From NCBI GenBank assembly GCA_040766985.1, contig JAXGPL010000014.1, positions 8,239 to 72,238 of the forward strand: DNA of 64,000 nucleotides, read 5' to 3'. Below, one piece after another: positions 9,310 through 19,063 of this stretch; positions within the stretch are counted from its first letter, which is position 1, and each line of letters opens with the position of its first letter. The DNA is from Bacillota bacterium (GTDB lineage: Bacteria; Bacillota; Sulfobacillia; JAUYEG01). Both the position numbers and the translations under genes were made by a program. The notes beneath the pieces were generated by a model, which was given only the letters and a program-made list of their open reading frames with translations, was not told the origin of the DNA and did not search any database.

Positions 9310-10263
9310 TCAGGGGAATGCCTCCGGTTGCCTTGCATTTGCGTCTCGGGGGTGGCTCCGATCATTTCCGTAGCGTTTGACCCAGCGCAGGTGGCAGAAT
9401 GCCCTCTGGAAACCGAGCGCCAAGTAGAACGGTTGCTCTGAGCCCACGTAAGCGACTGTTGCGCCCTCCGCCGCGCACCGGCGAATCCCCTCCAGGACAG
9501 CTGCACGGCCGAGGCCCATCCGGCGGAAATCGGGGTCGGTCGCCACCGGCTCGACCATCGCAAAGCGGTTGTATGGCTCGTACCAGAGCCCGGCGTACGA
9601 GGCGAAGCGGCCGTCGGGGGCGACCACCACGATGTTCAGGTCGTGCCGGAAAGCAGGGGCCGACTGCATTTGTGCCCGCCACACGAGCGCTTCCTCGGGC
9701 GGTTCGCCAGGATGGTTGAAACCCCGCCACAGCACCCGGTGGATCTTCCGTAGGTCGTTATCCTCCGCAAAGCTGCTCAGCCGGAACCCCCTGGGGAGGC
9801 TGGGCGCCGGCACCGGGCCGCTGATGAGGTACTCGGACGTCGGATCAGCGGCGCCGCCCTCGACGCGAAAGCCCCGTGCCGCAAGAAGCGAAGCCAGCTC
9901 CGAGTCATGCTCGTACGCAAAAACCCGCAGGTACTCCGTGTCATCGGGCGCGATGCCGCGCAACTGCCGTTCGGCGTAGTCCAGCATCTCCGGCTTCAGG
10001 TGGCTGTACGCCCGGTCGAACTCGAGATACGCCGTGCCGAGCCCGTCCTCGTAGTGGGCGACGCCGGCAACATGCGACCCATCTTCCCAGATCCCAATCC
10101 GGTCGAGGACTGTGGTGTCGAGGTTGGGGTGCGAGTGCATGTACTCCCAGCGCGGCTCGGGCCAGTTGCCGTCGCGGTTTCCCGGGAGATGATTGGCGAT
10201 CAGGAACCGCCCCACCAAATCGAAATCGCCGGGGCGTCCGTAGGGTCGCACCTTTACGGCCAC
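9310..10263 (-). CDS. GNAT family N-acetyltransferase
   Basis: 317-aa ORF. The C-terminal half carries the acetyl-CoA binding motif VEPVATDPDFRRMGLGRAAVLEGIRRCAAEGA. Confidence 0.8.
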   Translation of the reverse strand: MAVKVRPYGRPGDFDLVGRFLIANHLPGNRDGNWPEPRWEYMHSHPNLDTTVLDRIGIWEDGSHVAGVAHYEDGLGTAYLEFDRAYSHLKPEMLDYAERQLRGIAPDDTEYLRVFAYEHDSELASLLAARGFRVEGGAADPTSEYLISGPVPAPSLPRGFRLSSFAEDNDLRKIHRVLWRGFNHPGEPPEEALVWRAQMQSAPAFRHDLNIVVVAPDGRFASYAGLWYEPYNRFAMVEPVATDPDFRRMGLGRAAVLEGIRRCAAEGATVAYVGSEQPFYLALGFQRAFCHLRWVKRYGNDRSHPRDANARQPEAFP

Positions 10264-10474
10264 GCTTCATAGCCTCCGATCTAATCCCGGGCACTCTAAC
10301 CGCCTCAAGGTCACCCGGGCACAGGCCAATTGTGCCAGAACAACTCCCGTCGGACAACCGCGGCGCGGCCGAAATGGCGCGGCCACCGTGGCGCTGCCAA
10401 GTTTAGAAGGGTATCGGCCCTGATGTAGAATTAGTGTTTGTTTGCAGAGAGTCGACCGCGATGGGGGAAACCAA

Positions 10475-11588
10475 GTGCTAGAGTCGCTTCTTCAGGGGAT
10501 TCACTGGCCTGACGTGGGGCCGGGTGGCGATGTTTTCGCCATCGGGCTGATCTTAATCTACCTGGCAGTCAAAAAGCAGTACGAGCCGATGATCCTGCTG
10601 CCGCTCGGATTCGGGGCGATCCTCGCCAACGTCCCGTTTTCGGCCGCCATCGGTGAGCACGGGGTATTGACGCTGTTATATCGGGCCGGGATCGTGACCG
10701 AGCTGTTCCCGGTCCTGATCTTCATCGCGGTCGGCGCCATGATCGACTTCACGCCGTTGCTTCGCAACCCCGGTGATGTTCTTCTTCGGGCGGCAGCGCA
10801 GTTCGTGATCTTCTTTACAGTCTTGCTGGCCATCGCTTTCGGCTTTGACCTCGGAGGCGGCCTCGTCGGCATCATCGGCGCAGCCGACGGCCAACGTCGA
10901 TCTACGTTGCAGCACGGTTCGCGCCCGGCCTGCTCGCTCGATATCTGTCGCGGCATATTCATACATGGCCCTCGTACCGCTGATCCAGCCGCCGGTAATC
11001 AAGATGCTGACGACGAGTGCCGAGCGGCGGATCCGCATGGACTACCAGGATGTAGCCGTTCCCAAGACGTTGCGGATAGCGTTTCCGATTGCTGTGACAC
11101 TGCTCGCGGGACTGCTTGTACCGATGGGTGTCGCCCTGATCGGCCTGCTGATGTTCGGCAACCTGATCCGCGAATGCGGTGTCCTGGAGCGGCTGTCGAT
11201 CTCGGCACAGAACGAACTGGCCAACCTGGTCACGTTGCTCCTCGGTATCACGATCGGCTCGACGATGACCGCGGAGGCCTTCCTCAATGCGCGGACGCTG
11301 ATGATCATGGGCATGGGGCTGATCGCGTTCGTGTTCGACACAGCGGGCGGAGTCCTCTTCGCCAAGGCGCTCAACCTGTTTATGAAACGCAAGATCAACC
11401 CCATGATCGGCGCCGCAGGGATATCGGCGTTCCCGATGTCGGCGAGGGTCATCCACAAGCTCGGCTTGGCCGAAGACCGCACCAACTACCTGATTATGCA
11501 CACCATTTCGGCCAATGTGGCCGGCCAGATCGGCTCGGTTATGGCTGGCGGCGCGGTGCTGGCTCTCGTGCCTGCGCTGCTCAAGTAG
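10475..11588 (+). CDS. Sodium ion-translocating decarboxylase beta subunit (OadB/GcdB/MmdB family); frameshifted in this assembly
   Basis: The first piece is LIYLAVKKQYEPMILLPLGFGAILANVP...GAMIDFTPLL (frame of 10442-11770). After about 10870-10960 the protein continues in the frame of 10845-11588. That piece reads SVAAYSYMALVPLIQPPVIKMLTT...MFGNLIRECGV...INPMIGAAGISAFPMSARV...ISANVAGQIGSV. Two indels are implied. The GTG 10475 start is tentative. Confidence 0.8.
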
Positions 11589-11596
11589 GGAGTTGC

Positions 11597-11770
11597 ATGT
11601 CTATGACGCAGACGATGCTTGACGGGATTACGCTGTCACTATACGGTCTGGGCACCGTCTTTGCCGCATTGGTTTCGTTTTCGGTCCTCGTGTTGGTGAT
11701 GCAGCGGCTGATGGGGCGCCCGTCCGTTGAGGACCCTGCCACGCCTGACGACTCGCCAACGCAGGGCTAG
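11597..11770 (+). CDS. OadG-like decarboxylase gamma subunit (small membrane anchor)
   Basis: 57 codons with a GGGAG RBS 5 nt upstream of ATG 11597. There is a single N-terminal TM (ITLSLYGLGTVFAALVSFSVLVLVM) followed by a polar tail. Its position directly after the beta subunit is typical. Confidence 0.55.
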   Translation: MSMTQTMLDGITLSLYGLGTVFAALVSFSVLVLVMQRLMGRPSVEDPATPDDSPTQG

Positions 11771-11810
11771 CCGAAGCGACCGAGCGCATCCACCGGGGGA
11801 GGCGTTGATT

Positions 11811-12923
11811 GTGGCATCCAACTACACCAAGCTCTTTGACCAGGGGTTGTTAAGCTTCTTTCAGGATGCGGTCCGGATTGTCGTCCGCGATCCGTCCATG
11901 GCTGTCCATATGTTCCGGACTCTGCGCAACCAGCAGGCGGCAGCGGCGCGCCGGGCGGAGTGGGGCAGGCGGGGAGTGCACGTCCCGCAGATCATCATTG
12001 CCAGCGTCACCCACCGGTGTAACCTTAACTGCAAGGGGTGCTACGCGCTGGCCCAGCACCCCAACGCCGAGGAGGAGATGAGCACCGAGCGGCTCTGCGC
12101 GGTGCTTGACGAAGCTTCAGAGCTTGGGGTTTCCATTGTGATGCTCGCCGGGGGCGAGCCGTTGGTCCGGCCCGACATCCTGGACATCGCCGGACGGTAC
12201 CCGCAGATCATCTTCCCGCTGTTCACCAACGGCCTGCTTGTGGACGATGCGATGATCGAGTGCCTGGAGCGACGCCGCAATCTGATTCCGCTGATCAGCC
12301 TTGAGGGACACGCCGGGCTAACCGATGAGCGTCGGGGCAGCGGCGTGCACGAGCACGCGATCGGCCTGATGGCCAAGCTGCTCAGGGCAGGCGTGTTCTT
12401 CGGCACATCGATCACCGTCACAAGAAGCAATTTCGAACTGGTCACCGGCGACGGCTTTGCCGACCAACTGCTCCAGGCCGGATGCCGCGTGTTCATCTAC
12501 GTGGAGTACGTCCCGATCCAGCCCGGCACAGAAGACCTGGTCCTCGCGCCGGAGCAGAAGGCCGTGCTTACCGCACGCATGCAAACCCTCAAAGGCAGGT
12601 TGCCTGGTCTGTTCGTGGCCTTTCCCGGCGACGAGGAGATCTATGGCGGTTGCCTTGCGGCGGGCAGGGGCTTTATCCATATCAGCCCGGAGGGCCGGGT
12701 CGAGCCGTGCCCCTTCGCTCCCTACTCCGACAGCAGCCTCAGAGATATGACCTTGCGGGACGCCCTGGCGTCCGATTTCCTGCGGACGATTCGCGAAAGC
12801 GAAGCCCACCTCGGCGAGAGTAAAGGCGGCTGCGCCCTGTGGGAGAACCGCGAATGGGTCGCCTCTGTTCTCAATCAGGTCAAGTCCGGCGTCCAAGAAG
12901 CCAAACGGGAGGGATCCGAGTGA
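11811..12923 (+). CDS. Radical SAM protein (CxxxCxxC; C-terminal Cys-containing auxiliary region)
   Basis: A GGAGG RBS lies 9 nt before GTG 11811. The CNLNCKGC motif sits in SVTHRCNLNCKGCYA. GGEPL and a C-terminal GGCLAAGRGFIHISPEGRVEPCPF...GGCALW segment are also present. Confidence 0.8.
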   Translation: MASNYTKLFDQGLLSFFQDAVRIVVRDPSMAVHMFRTLRNQQAAAARRAEWGRRGVHVPQIIIASVTHRCNLNCKGCYALAQHPNAEEEMSTERLCAVLDEASELGVSIVMLAGGEPLVRPDILDIAGRYPQIIFPLFTNGLLVDDAMIECLERRRNLIPLISLEGHAGLTDERRGSGVHEHAIGLMAKLLRAGVFFGTSITVTRSNFELVTGDGFADQLLQAGCRVFIYVEYVPIQPGTEDLVLAPEQKAVLTARMQTLKGRLPGLFVAFPGDEEIYGGCLAAGRGFIHISPEGRVEPCPFAPYSDSSLRDMTLRDALASDFLRTIRESEAHLGESKGGCALWENREWVASVLNQVKSGVQEAKREGSE

Positions 12924-14358
12924 CCGGTCCAGACTGGCAGGGGTTCGAGGAGTTCGCTTCGCGCTACATCGCCGCCTACGGGGTTCCCGGCATCGCCGTC
13001 GGAGTAGCGAACCGCGGCGAGATGGTCTACTGGAAGGGCTTCGGGTGGCGCGACCGGGAGCGGCAATTGCCCGTGACTCCCGACACGCTCTTCGGCATTG
13101 GGTCAATCACCAAGTCGTTCACAGCGGTGGCCGTGATGCAACTTATCGAGCAGGGCAAGCTTCGGACATCCGATCCTGTCCGCAAGTACCTTCCCGAGTT
13201 GCGCATCGGCCGCGACACGGCCATCGCGGAGAGCATCACCATCCACCACCTTCTGACCCATACGACTGGTACGCCGCCGCTACCCTCGCTGATCTACTGC
13301 ATGCTCACGAGCATGCGCGCCGATCCGTCGATGGCGGACCACCCGGGGGCTGCACGGTTCGCCGACGCCAAAGCCCTGGACTGCTACACCGACTTTGAGG
13401 AATTCCTGGCGGGCCTGGACGTCGCGCCGCTCGCCAATCCCGGCGCCGTCTTCTCCTATCTGAACGACGGTTGGGCCCTGCTCGGCGAGATCGTCACACG
13501 GATCAGCGGCCTGCAGTACGAGGACTACGTTAGTGAGCACATCCTTAAGCCCGCCGGGATGACGCGGTCCACATTCCGCCTGGAAACCCTGCTGGCGGTG
13601 GACGATGTGGCAACCCTCTACGCCGGCAAACCGGGCAGCGACGCACCCGAAGACGTGGCAGCATCGCCGGCGTGGCTGGACAGCAAGGTGATGTGCGCGG
13701 CCGGTTTCCTCAAGTCAAGTGTCCGTGACATGCTCCGGTACCTCGATATCTACCGGACGGGGGCGCCCCTTGCGGTCGGGACGGCGACGGCTCGCCAGTC
13801 GTGTCCGGGCACAGCCTGCTGCGGATGACGACCCCCTACATCGGGTTGGGCGGCGGCACGGCGGGGTATGGGTATGGCCTGCGCATAACCCCCAATTACC
13901 ACGGTGTGACGCTGGTCGAGCACAGCGGCGGCATCAAGGGGGTTTCCGCGAACGTCATCTGGGTGCCGCAGCTACATCTGACCTCGGTGCTCCTGTGCAA
14001 CCTCGCCGGGGTGCCCTCCGGGTCGATCCATCTCGGAGCGGTCAACGCGTTCATGGGCCTTCCTGCGAGCACCCGGCGCGTCGAGTGGGGCGAGTACGTT
14101 CCCCAGCCGGAACGCCTGCCTCTCTACGCCGGCAGCTACGTGTCGGGCGAAGGGGCCGTGGCCCGGGTTAGGCCGGACGGCGGGCGCCTGCTCATCGAGC
14201 TGGAGGGCAAGACGTATTGCGCGCGGCCGGTGGCTTTGGATACGTTCACCATCACGCAGAAACTCGAGGAGATGGCCGTCCGCTTCCTCATGGCGCCCGA
14301 CGGCCGGTATTTCGCGGCGGAGTTCGGAGCGCGGGTGATTCCGAAGGCGGCGGAGTAG
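12920..14358 (+). CDS. Serine hydrolase, beta-lactamase / PBP4*-like family; one frameshift in this assembly
   Basis: The start overlaps the upstream stop (GTGA). The SxxK motif appears in FGIGSITKSFTAVAVMQL. The frame changes near 13775-13830 (fragments 12839-13828 and 13801-14358), and the protein resumes as SGHSLLRMTTPYIG...YGYGL...VEHSGGIKG. Confidence 0.75.
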
Positions 14359-14384
14359 GCAGCAACGGATAGGGACAGACAACG

Positions 14385-14413
14385 ACGGGCCGCGGGATTG
14401 CCCCGGGGCCCGT
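14385..14413. terminator. GC-rich hairpin between convergent genes
   Basis: ACGGGCCGCGGG-attg-CCCCGGGGCCCGT, a near-perfect stem. It lies between the + strand hydrolase gene and the - strand rubrerythrin-like gene. Confidence 0.4.
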
Positions 14414-14442
14414 AGCAGTGGATCCGGTTTGCTTCGCTGTTC

Positions 14443-14955
14443 TTACCGGTACAGGTTGGAGATCTTGAGGTGCTCGCTCTCGATTTCCGCGAGAGCGTAT
14501 AACACCTGCTTGACCCGTAGTTCAGGAGCACGCTCCGCAGCTTCGAGATAGAAGGTGGACGCCCGGCGTTCGCGCCGGTGGGACTCGGCAAAGTTGGCCT
14601 CGTCGGTGTCCGCGCATTCCACGGCGGGCTTCTCCCCCGGCTCGGCGCCGAGCATGTCGGTCAACAACTCCGCGTGTTCTGCTTCCTGCTTGGCCAAGCG
14701 GGCGAAAATCGCCTCGCTGATCTGGTTCTGCGCTTTGTAGCGGGCGCCGGTATAGAAAGCGGTGTTGTTGAGCTCCAGGCCAATCGCCTGCCTGACATCC
14801 CGGGCCGATTGCTCGCACATCTCCTGCTTGCCGAAATCCTGCCACTCGGCTGCGGGCACGAGGTGTTTGCCGCCTGCGCCGCAGAACGGGCACCTCTCGG
14901 CAGCGATAGGCCCGAGATAGGACTCGCCGCAGATCTGACAACGGAAAGGATGCAT
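14443..14955 (-). CDS. Reverse rubrerythrin-like protein (N-terminal rubredoxin-type CxxC...CxxC plus a ferritin-like diiron domain)
   Basis: 170 aa. It starts MHPFRCQICGESY...CPFCGA and continues with ExxH motifs (QEAEHAELL, IESEHLK). An AT-rich promoter region lies upstream at 14956-15045. Confidence 0.7.
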   Translation of the reverse strand: MHPFRCQICGESYLGPIAAERCPFCGAGGKHLVPAAEWQDFGKQEMCEQSARDVRQAIGLELNNTAFYTGARYKAQNQISEAIFARLAKQEAEHAELLTDMLGAEPGEKPAVECADTDEANFAESHRRERRASTFYLEAAERAPELRVKQVLYALAEIESEHLKISNLYR

Positions 14956-15045
14956 CGATATCCCCCTCTGCTTGTGAAGTGTTGTGTGTTGAATGTGCTT
15001 ATTGATATATTTACAGAATTACTACGCCGTGGAGGGTTTTCCTGC

Positions 15046-16308
15046 CTAGATACCAGCGCGCCCGGGGTTGGGTGAGGGGTGAGCTTTGAGGGCCGGCTGT
15101 CCGTTTGCGAGACTGCCGTAAATGCCCGCCAGCTTGCGAACGAGCAGGGCAGGGTGGAATTCCCGGCTTCTGTCCCTCGCCGCGCGGCCCATGCGCGCCG
15201 CCAGCTCGGGATCCGACGCCAGCCTGATGACGGCCTCGGCAATCTGATCGGGGCTGCTCGGGCGCACGAATCCCTCCGTCCCGTCCCGGATCAACTCGCG
15301 GGCGGCGGGCGAATCGGCTGTGACCACGGGGAGGCCCGTGGCCATACCCTCGAGAATCGCCAGCCCCTGTGTCTCGACAGTCGACGTAAAGATCATGGCG
15401 TCAGCGACGCGAAGGTTCTGGAAGACCTCCTCCCGCGTCACCTCACCCGTGAACGACACCAGGCTCTTGATGCCCAACTCCATGGCGAGAGTGCGGAGCC
15501 GCGGGGCTTCGGGGCCATCGCCGATGACGACCAGCCGCCACCGTTCTCGACTGCGGGGGTCTTTGCGCGCCAGCTCGAACATCACCTGGAGAGCCAGGTC
15601 GGGGTTCTTCTCCTTGGCCAGCCTGCCCACCAAGGCCAGGACGAATGCTGAGGAATTGCCCTGCCCGGCCGCGGACCGCGGCCTTCTGGGAGCCACCGCA
15701 GCCGCGCAGTCAGCCTGCGCCGGATCTACCCCCGTCGGCAGGATCTCGATCGGCGTCTCGACGCCGATATCCAAAAGCAACTCGTGTAGGTGATGTGACG
15801 GGGCGATGACCAGATTACAGTAGCTGCAGTAGCTGACCAGGTACTTGCGGATGACCAGCTTCAGCGGCTGAGAGAGCGGCGGAAGATAGCGCGTGTACTC
15901 CTCGTAATAGCTATGGCAGGTGAACACGACGGGGCACTCGCACGCTCGCGCAATATAGAGGCCGAGCAGTCCGACTGCGAACGGCGAATGGACGTGGACA
16001 ATGTCGGGCTCAAGCTCCTGCAACCGTGTCAGGACGTTGCGCGTGACCGGGGCGATCAGTCGGAGCCTGGGATACGCGGGCAGCGGCATTGACGGTAGCC
16101 TGAACACGTCCGGTTCCTCTTCCGTGTGCGGATACTCCGGAGCGACGACCGTGACCCGATGCCCCAACTGGCGCAACTGCGAAGCATAGATGTCCATCGA
16201 GGTAACGACTCCGCTCACGTAGGGGCGGTAGGTATCACTGAAAAACAGCACGTTCAGCGACCGCTTTGCGCCGTGCGGTGTCGCAATATCTGCCGGCTCA
16301 GCCTCCAA
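15046..16308 (-). CDS. Glycosyltransferase family 4 (GT-B)
   Basis: 420 aa. NVLFFSDTYRPYVSGV at the N-terminus and EGFVRPSS / FTSTVETQGLAILEGMATGLPVV (E-x7-E region) in the C-terminal half. A GGAGGA RBS precedes TTG 16308. Confidence 0.85.
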   Translation of the reverse strand: MEAEPADIATPHGAKRSLNVLFFSDTYRPYVSGVVTSMDIYASQLRQLGHRVTVVAPEYPHTEEEPDVFRLPSMPLPAYPRLRLIAPVTRNVLTRLQELEPDIVHVHSPFAVGLLGLYIARACECPVVFTCHSYYEEYTRYLPPLSQPLKLVIRKYLVSYCSYCNLVIAPSHHLHELLLDIGVETPIEILPTGVDPAQADCAAAVAPRRPRSAAGQGNSSAFVLALVGRLAKEKNPDLALQVMFELARKDPRSRERWRLVVIGDGPEAPRLRTLAMELGIKSLVSFTGEVTREEVFQNLRVADAMIFTSTVETQGLAILEGMATGLPVVTADSPAARELIRDGTEGFVRPSSPDQIAEAVIRLASDPELAARMGRAARDRSREFHPALLVRKLAGIYGSLANGQPALKAHPSPNPGRAGI

Positions 16309-16500
16309 CCAGACAATCCTCCAGTTCTGCCCAATCGGCCGTGTCCGTTAGGGCAATACCTGTCAACGCCAAGGCCCAGAAGGCCACATAGCTATTTCCT
16401 TAAGTGTCATAGTTCCTCCTTCCATGCAGATTGAAGCACCCGCAGCCAGGCGAACCGCTGCAGAGGCGGATCCGGTGCAATAGGGCGCAATGAATGGAAC

Positions 16501-16550
16501 GGCATAAGAGAAACTGCCGGCGGACCAGGTGGAAGCGGCCGCCGGCAGTT
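16501..16550 (-). terminator. Rho-independent terminator of the aminotransferase gene
   Basis: A 12-bp perfect stem (16512-16523 pairs with 16539-16550). On the minus strand it is followed by TTTCTCTTAT. Confidence 0.55.
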
Positions 16551-16560
16551 GGTTTGGGCC

Positions 16561-17427
16561 CTATGACTTGCGGTATTCGCCGGTCTTGATATGGTACCGG
16601 AACAGCTCTAGCAGGCGCATTGCCACCCGACCGGGTTTGCCGTCGCCGATCTGGTGCCCGTCGATCTCCACAATTGGCAACACATCGGGCGAAGTGCTGG
16701 TCAGAAAGACCTCTTCGGCGTTCAGCATCTCGGCCACGGAGAAGGCCTTCTCCTCAAGCGGTATCCCGGCTGCATGGGCGCAGTTGATGGTCACCAGCCG
16801 CGAGATCCCCCAAAGGATATTGCGCGACTTGGGCGCCGTGCGCACCACACCGTCAATGACGGCGAACAGATTGCTCGCCGAGCACTCATTGACTATTCCG
16901 TCGCGGCCGACCAGGATGGCTTCATACGCACCCACGCGGTGCGCCGCATCGGAGGCCATGCAGTTTGGGAGCAGATTGAGCGATTTGATCCATGCCTTCT
17001 CCCAGCGCTGGTCGATTTGGGTGACGCACCTGACACCGTTCTCGTGAAGGCCCTTGGGGGAACTGCCGAACTCCTTCGCCCACGCGACAATGGAGGGAGC
17101 CGTGTCCGCCGGCGGGTAGTAGTGCTTGCGGGGCGAGATGCCGCGCGAGACGTGGAAGTAAATCAGGGCATCTGCGTAACCGCTGTCTGCCTTGAGCTTG
17201 GCCAGGATTGCCTTGACCTCGCCGCGCGACCACGGGACCTCGATCTCCACCCCTTTGAGGCTGCGATAGAACCGGTCGAGGTGGTGGTCGAGGGCGAAGA
17301 ACTTGCCGTCGATGACCTTGACCACCTCGTAAACGCCGTCGCCGAAAACGAACGCCCGGTCGTCAGGCGATACTTTTAGCTGGTCAAGGGTTGTGTAGTG
17401 ACCGTTGTAGTACGCGGAGTCCGGCAT
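16561..17427 (-). CDS. dat: Class IV aminotransferase (D-amino-acid / branched-chain type, Dat-like)
   Basis: 288 aa. It has the fold-type IV pattern: DRAFVFGDGVYEVVKV, the catalytic-Lys region, and SNLFAVIDGVVRTAP...ILWGISR. Confidence 0.75.
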   Translation of the reverse strand: MPDSAYYNGHYTTLDQLKVSPDDRAFVFGDGVYEVVKVIDGKFFALDHHLDRFYRSLKGVEIEVPWSRGEVKAILAKLKADSGYADALIYFHVSRGISPRKHYYPPADTAPSIVAWAKEFGSSPKGLHENGVRCVTQIDQRWEKAWIKSLNLLPNCMASDAAHRVGAYEAILVGRDGIVNECSASNLFAVIDGVVRTAPKSRNILWGISRLVTINCAHAAGIPLEEKAFSVAEMLNAEEVFLTSTSPDVLPIVEIDGHQIGDGKPGRVAMRLLELFRYHIKTGEYRKS

Positions 17428-17462
17428 ACTCTGCCTCCTTTGTCGAGCGCCTTGGAGCGATG

Positions 17463-18029
17463 CTAACGCCTGGATATTTCGCCGTGGTGCGCTGAATCCT
17501 GCCCCAGATCTCCAGCCTCCAGGATGACGATATCAGGCAGATGGCGGTAACGCTCGGCATAATCCAAACCATAGCCCACCACGAATACATCCGGGACTGT
17601 GAAGCCGACATACTCGGGCTGCAGCTGTACCCGTCGCCGTGACGGTTTGTCAAGAAGCACACACAACCGCAGCGATGCGGGGTCCCGGCTGCCGACGATG
17701 TCCCTGACCGCACGCAGGCTGAGGCCGGTATCGCAGATGTCCTCCACGATCACGACGTTGCGGCCCGCCACATCGGCGCTGAGATCCTTCAGCAACCGGA
17801 AGGCCCCCGAACTAGTGCCCTTGCCGTAACTGGAAACCGCGAGAAAGTCGATCTCGTGCGCGATGTCCATCGCCCTGGATAGGTCGGCCATGAACACATA
17901 GCTGCCCTTGAGGACTCCCACGAGCAGCGGGTTCTGATCGGCCAGGTCAGAGCTGATCTGCTGCGCCAGTTCGGCGACCCGTGTCGCGATCTCCGCCGCG
18001 CCCAGAAGCGTCCGCATGGGCTCACTCAC
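17463..18029 (-). CDS. hpt: Hypoxanthine phosphoribosyltransferase
   Basis: 188 aa. The PRPP-binding motif is NVVIVEDICDTGLSL. LLVGVLKGSYVFMADL and DFLAVSSYG are typical of Hpt. Confidence 0.9.
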   Translation of the reverse strand: MSEPMRTLLGAAEIATRVAELAQQISSDLADQNPLLVGVLKGSYVFMADLSRAMDIAHEIDFLAVSSYGKGTSSGAFRLLKDLSADVAGRNVVIVEDICDTGLSLRAVRDIVGSRDPASLRLCVLLDKPSRRRVQLQPEYVGFTVPDVFVVGYGLDYAERYRHLPDIVILEAGDLGQDSAHHGEISRR

Positions 18030-18124
18030 CCCTTGGATGTAAGGAGAGCGGACGCGGCAGGTTGAGTCTGCCGCGTCCGCGTGGTCGTGCTCGCTCGGAC
18101 CGGCCCCGTTAGCCGGAAGCCGGG

Positions 18125-19030
18125 CTAGATAAGAGGCACGCCCGCCGCCTTGAGAACCGCGGCCAGTTCGGCGCGTTCGGGGGCCCCCAGCGGCAGCAGC
18201 GGCCGGCGCACAGGGCCGCCGTACTTGCCCATCATCTCAAGGGCGGCCTTCAATCCCGGAATGCCCCAGCGGGACGTTACGGCGGCGTTCGGCGCCAGCA
18301 ACCGTTGTTGCAGCGCGCGGGCTTCGGCCAGCCGGCCGTCCCGGAACAGGCTCACCACATCGGCGCATTCGTTGGGCATCACGTTGGCCACCGCTAGGGT
18401 GCCGCCTACGCCGCCCATTAGCAGCGTGGTCAGCAGAAAACTGCCGGATCCCGCAAAGACGGAGAATCCCTCGCCGGCGCCGGATGCGATTTCCGAGATC
18501 TGCACGATGTTGCCCCCGCTGTCCTTGATTCCCCGGATGTTGGGATGCTTGGCCAGCTCGAGCACCAAGCCCGCGTCCATGTTGAGCCCGGTGTTGCGCG
18601 GCATGTTGTAGAGCATGACCGGCACGGGGCAAGCATCGGCCACGTCCCAGAAGAACCGCTTGAGGGCGGCCGGTTTCATATCTCCCTTATAGTAGTGCGG
18701 CGTGAGGATGAGGCATGCATCCACTCCGAGGCCTGCTGCCTCCCGCGACAGGGCGATCGTCTCGCGTGTCGTCTCGCAGCCCGTCCCGGCAATGACCATC
18801 TTCTCCGCCGGAAGGTTCTCGCGCACAGCCTCGACCAGCCTGAGCTTTTCCTCATGGGAGAGGAACACAAACTCGCCGTTGGAACCGAGAACAACGATGC
18901 CGGCGAGCTTCGTCCCCGCCCACCACGCTAGATTGGACTTAAGATGGTCCCAGGCGATCTCCTCGGCCGCATCGAAGGGCGTCGGAACCGGTGCGAATAC
19001 CCCAGCGATAGATCTCTCCGTCATGTCCAT
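18125..19030 (-). CDS. Dihydrodipicolinate synthase (DapA/NAL) family lyase
   Basis: 301 aa with GIVVLGSNGEF, GTGCETTRETI and YNMP motifs of the class I aldolase DapA family. The substrate cannot be assigned. Confidence 0.8.
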   Translation of the reverse strand: MDMTERSIAGVFAPVPTPFDAAEEIAWDHLKSNLAWWAGTKLAGIVVLGSNGEFVFLSHEEKLRLVEAVRENLPAEKMVIAGTGCETTRETIALSREAAGLGVDACLILTPHYYKGDMKPAALKRFFWDVADACPVPVMLYNMPRNTGLNMDAGLVLELAKHPNIRGIKDSGGNIVQISEIASGAGEGFSVFAGSGSFLLTTLLMGGVGGTLAVANVMPNECADVVSLFRDGRLAEARALQQRLLAPNAAVTSRWGIPGLKAALEMMGKYGGPVRRPLLPLGAPERAELAAVLKAAGVPLI

Positions 19031-19063
19031 CCCTCTTCCCTTACCACGGTTTTTCTGTTGCCG

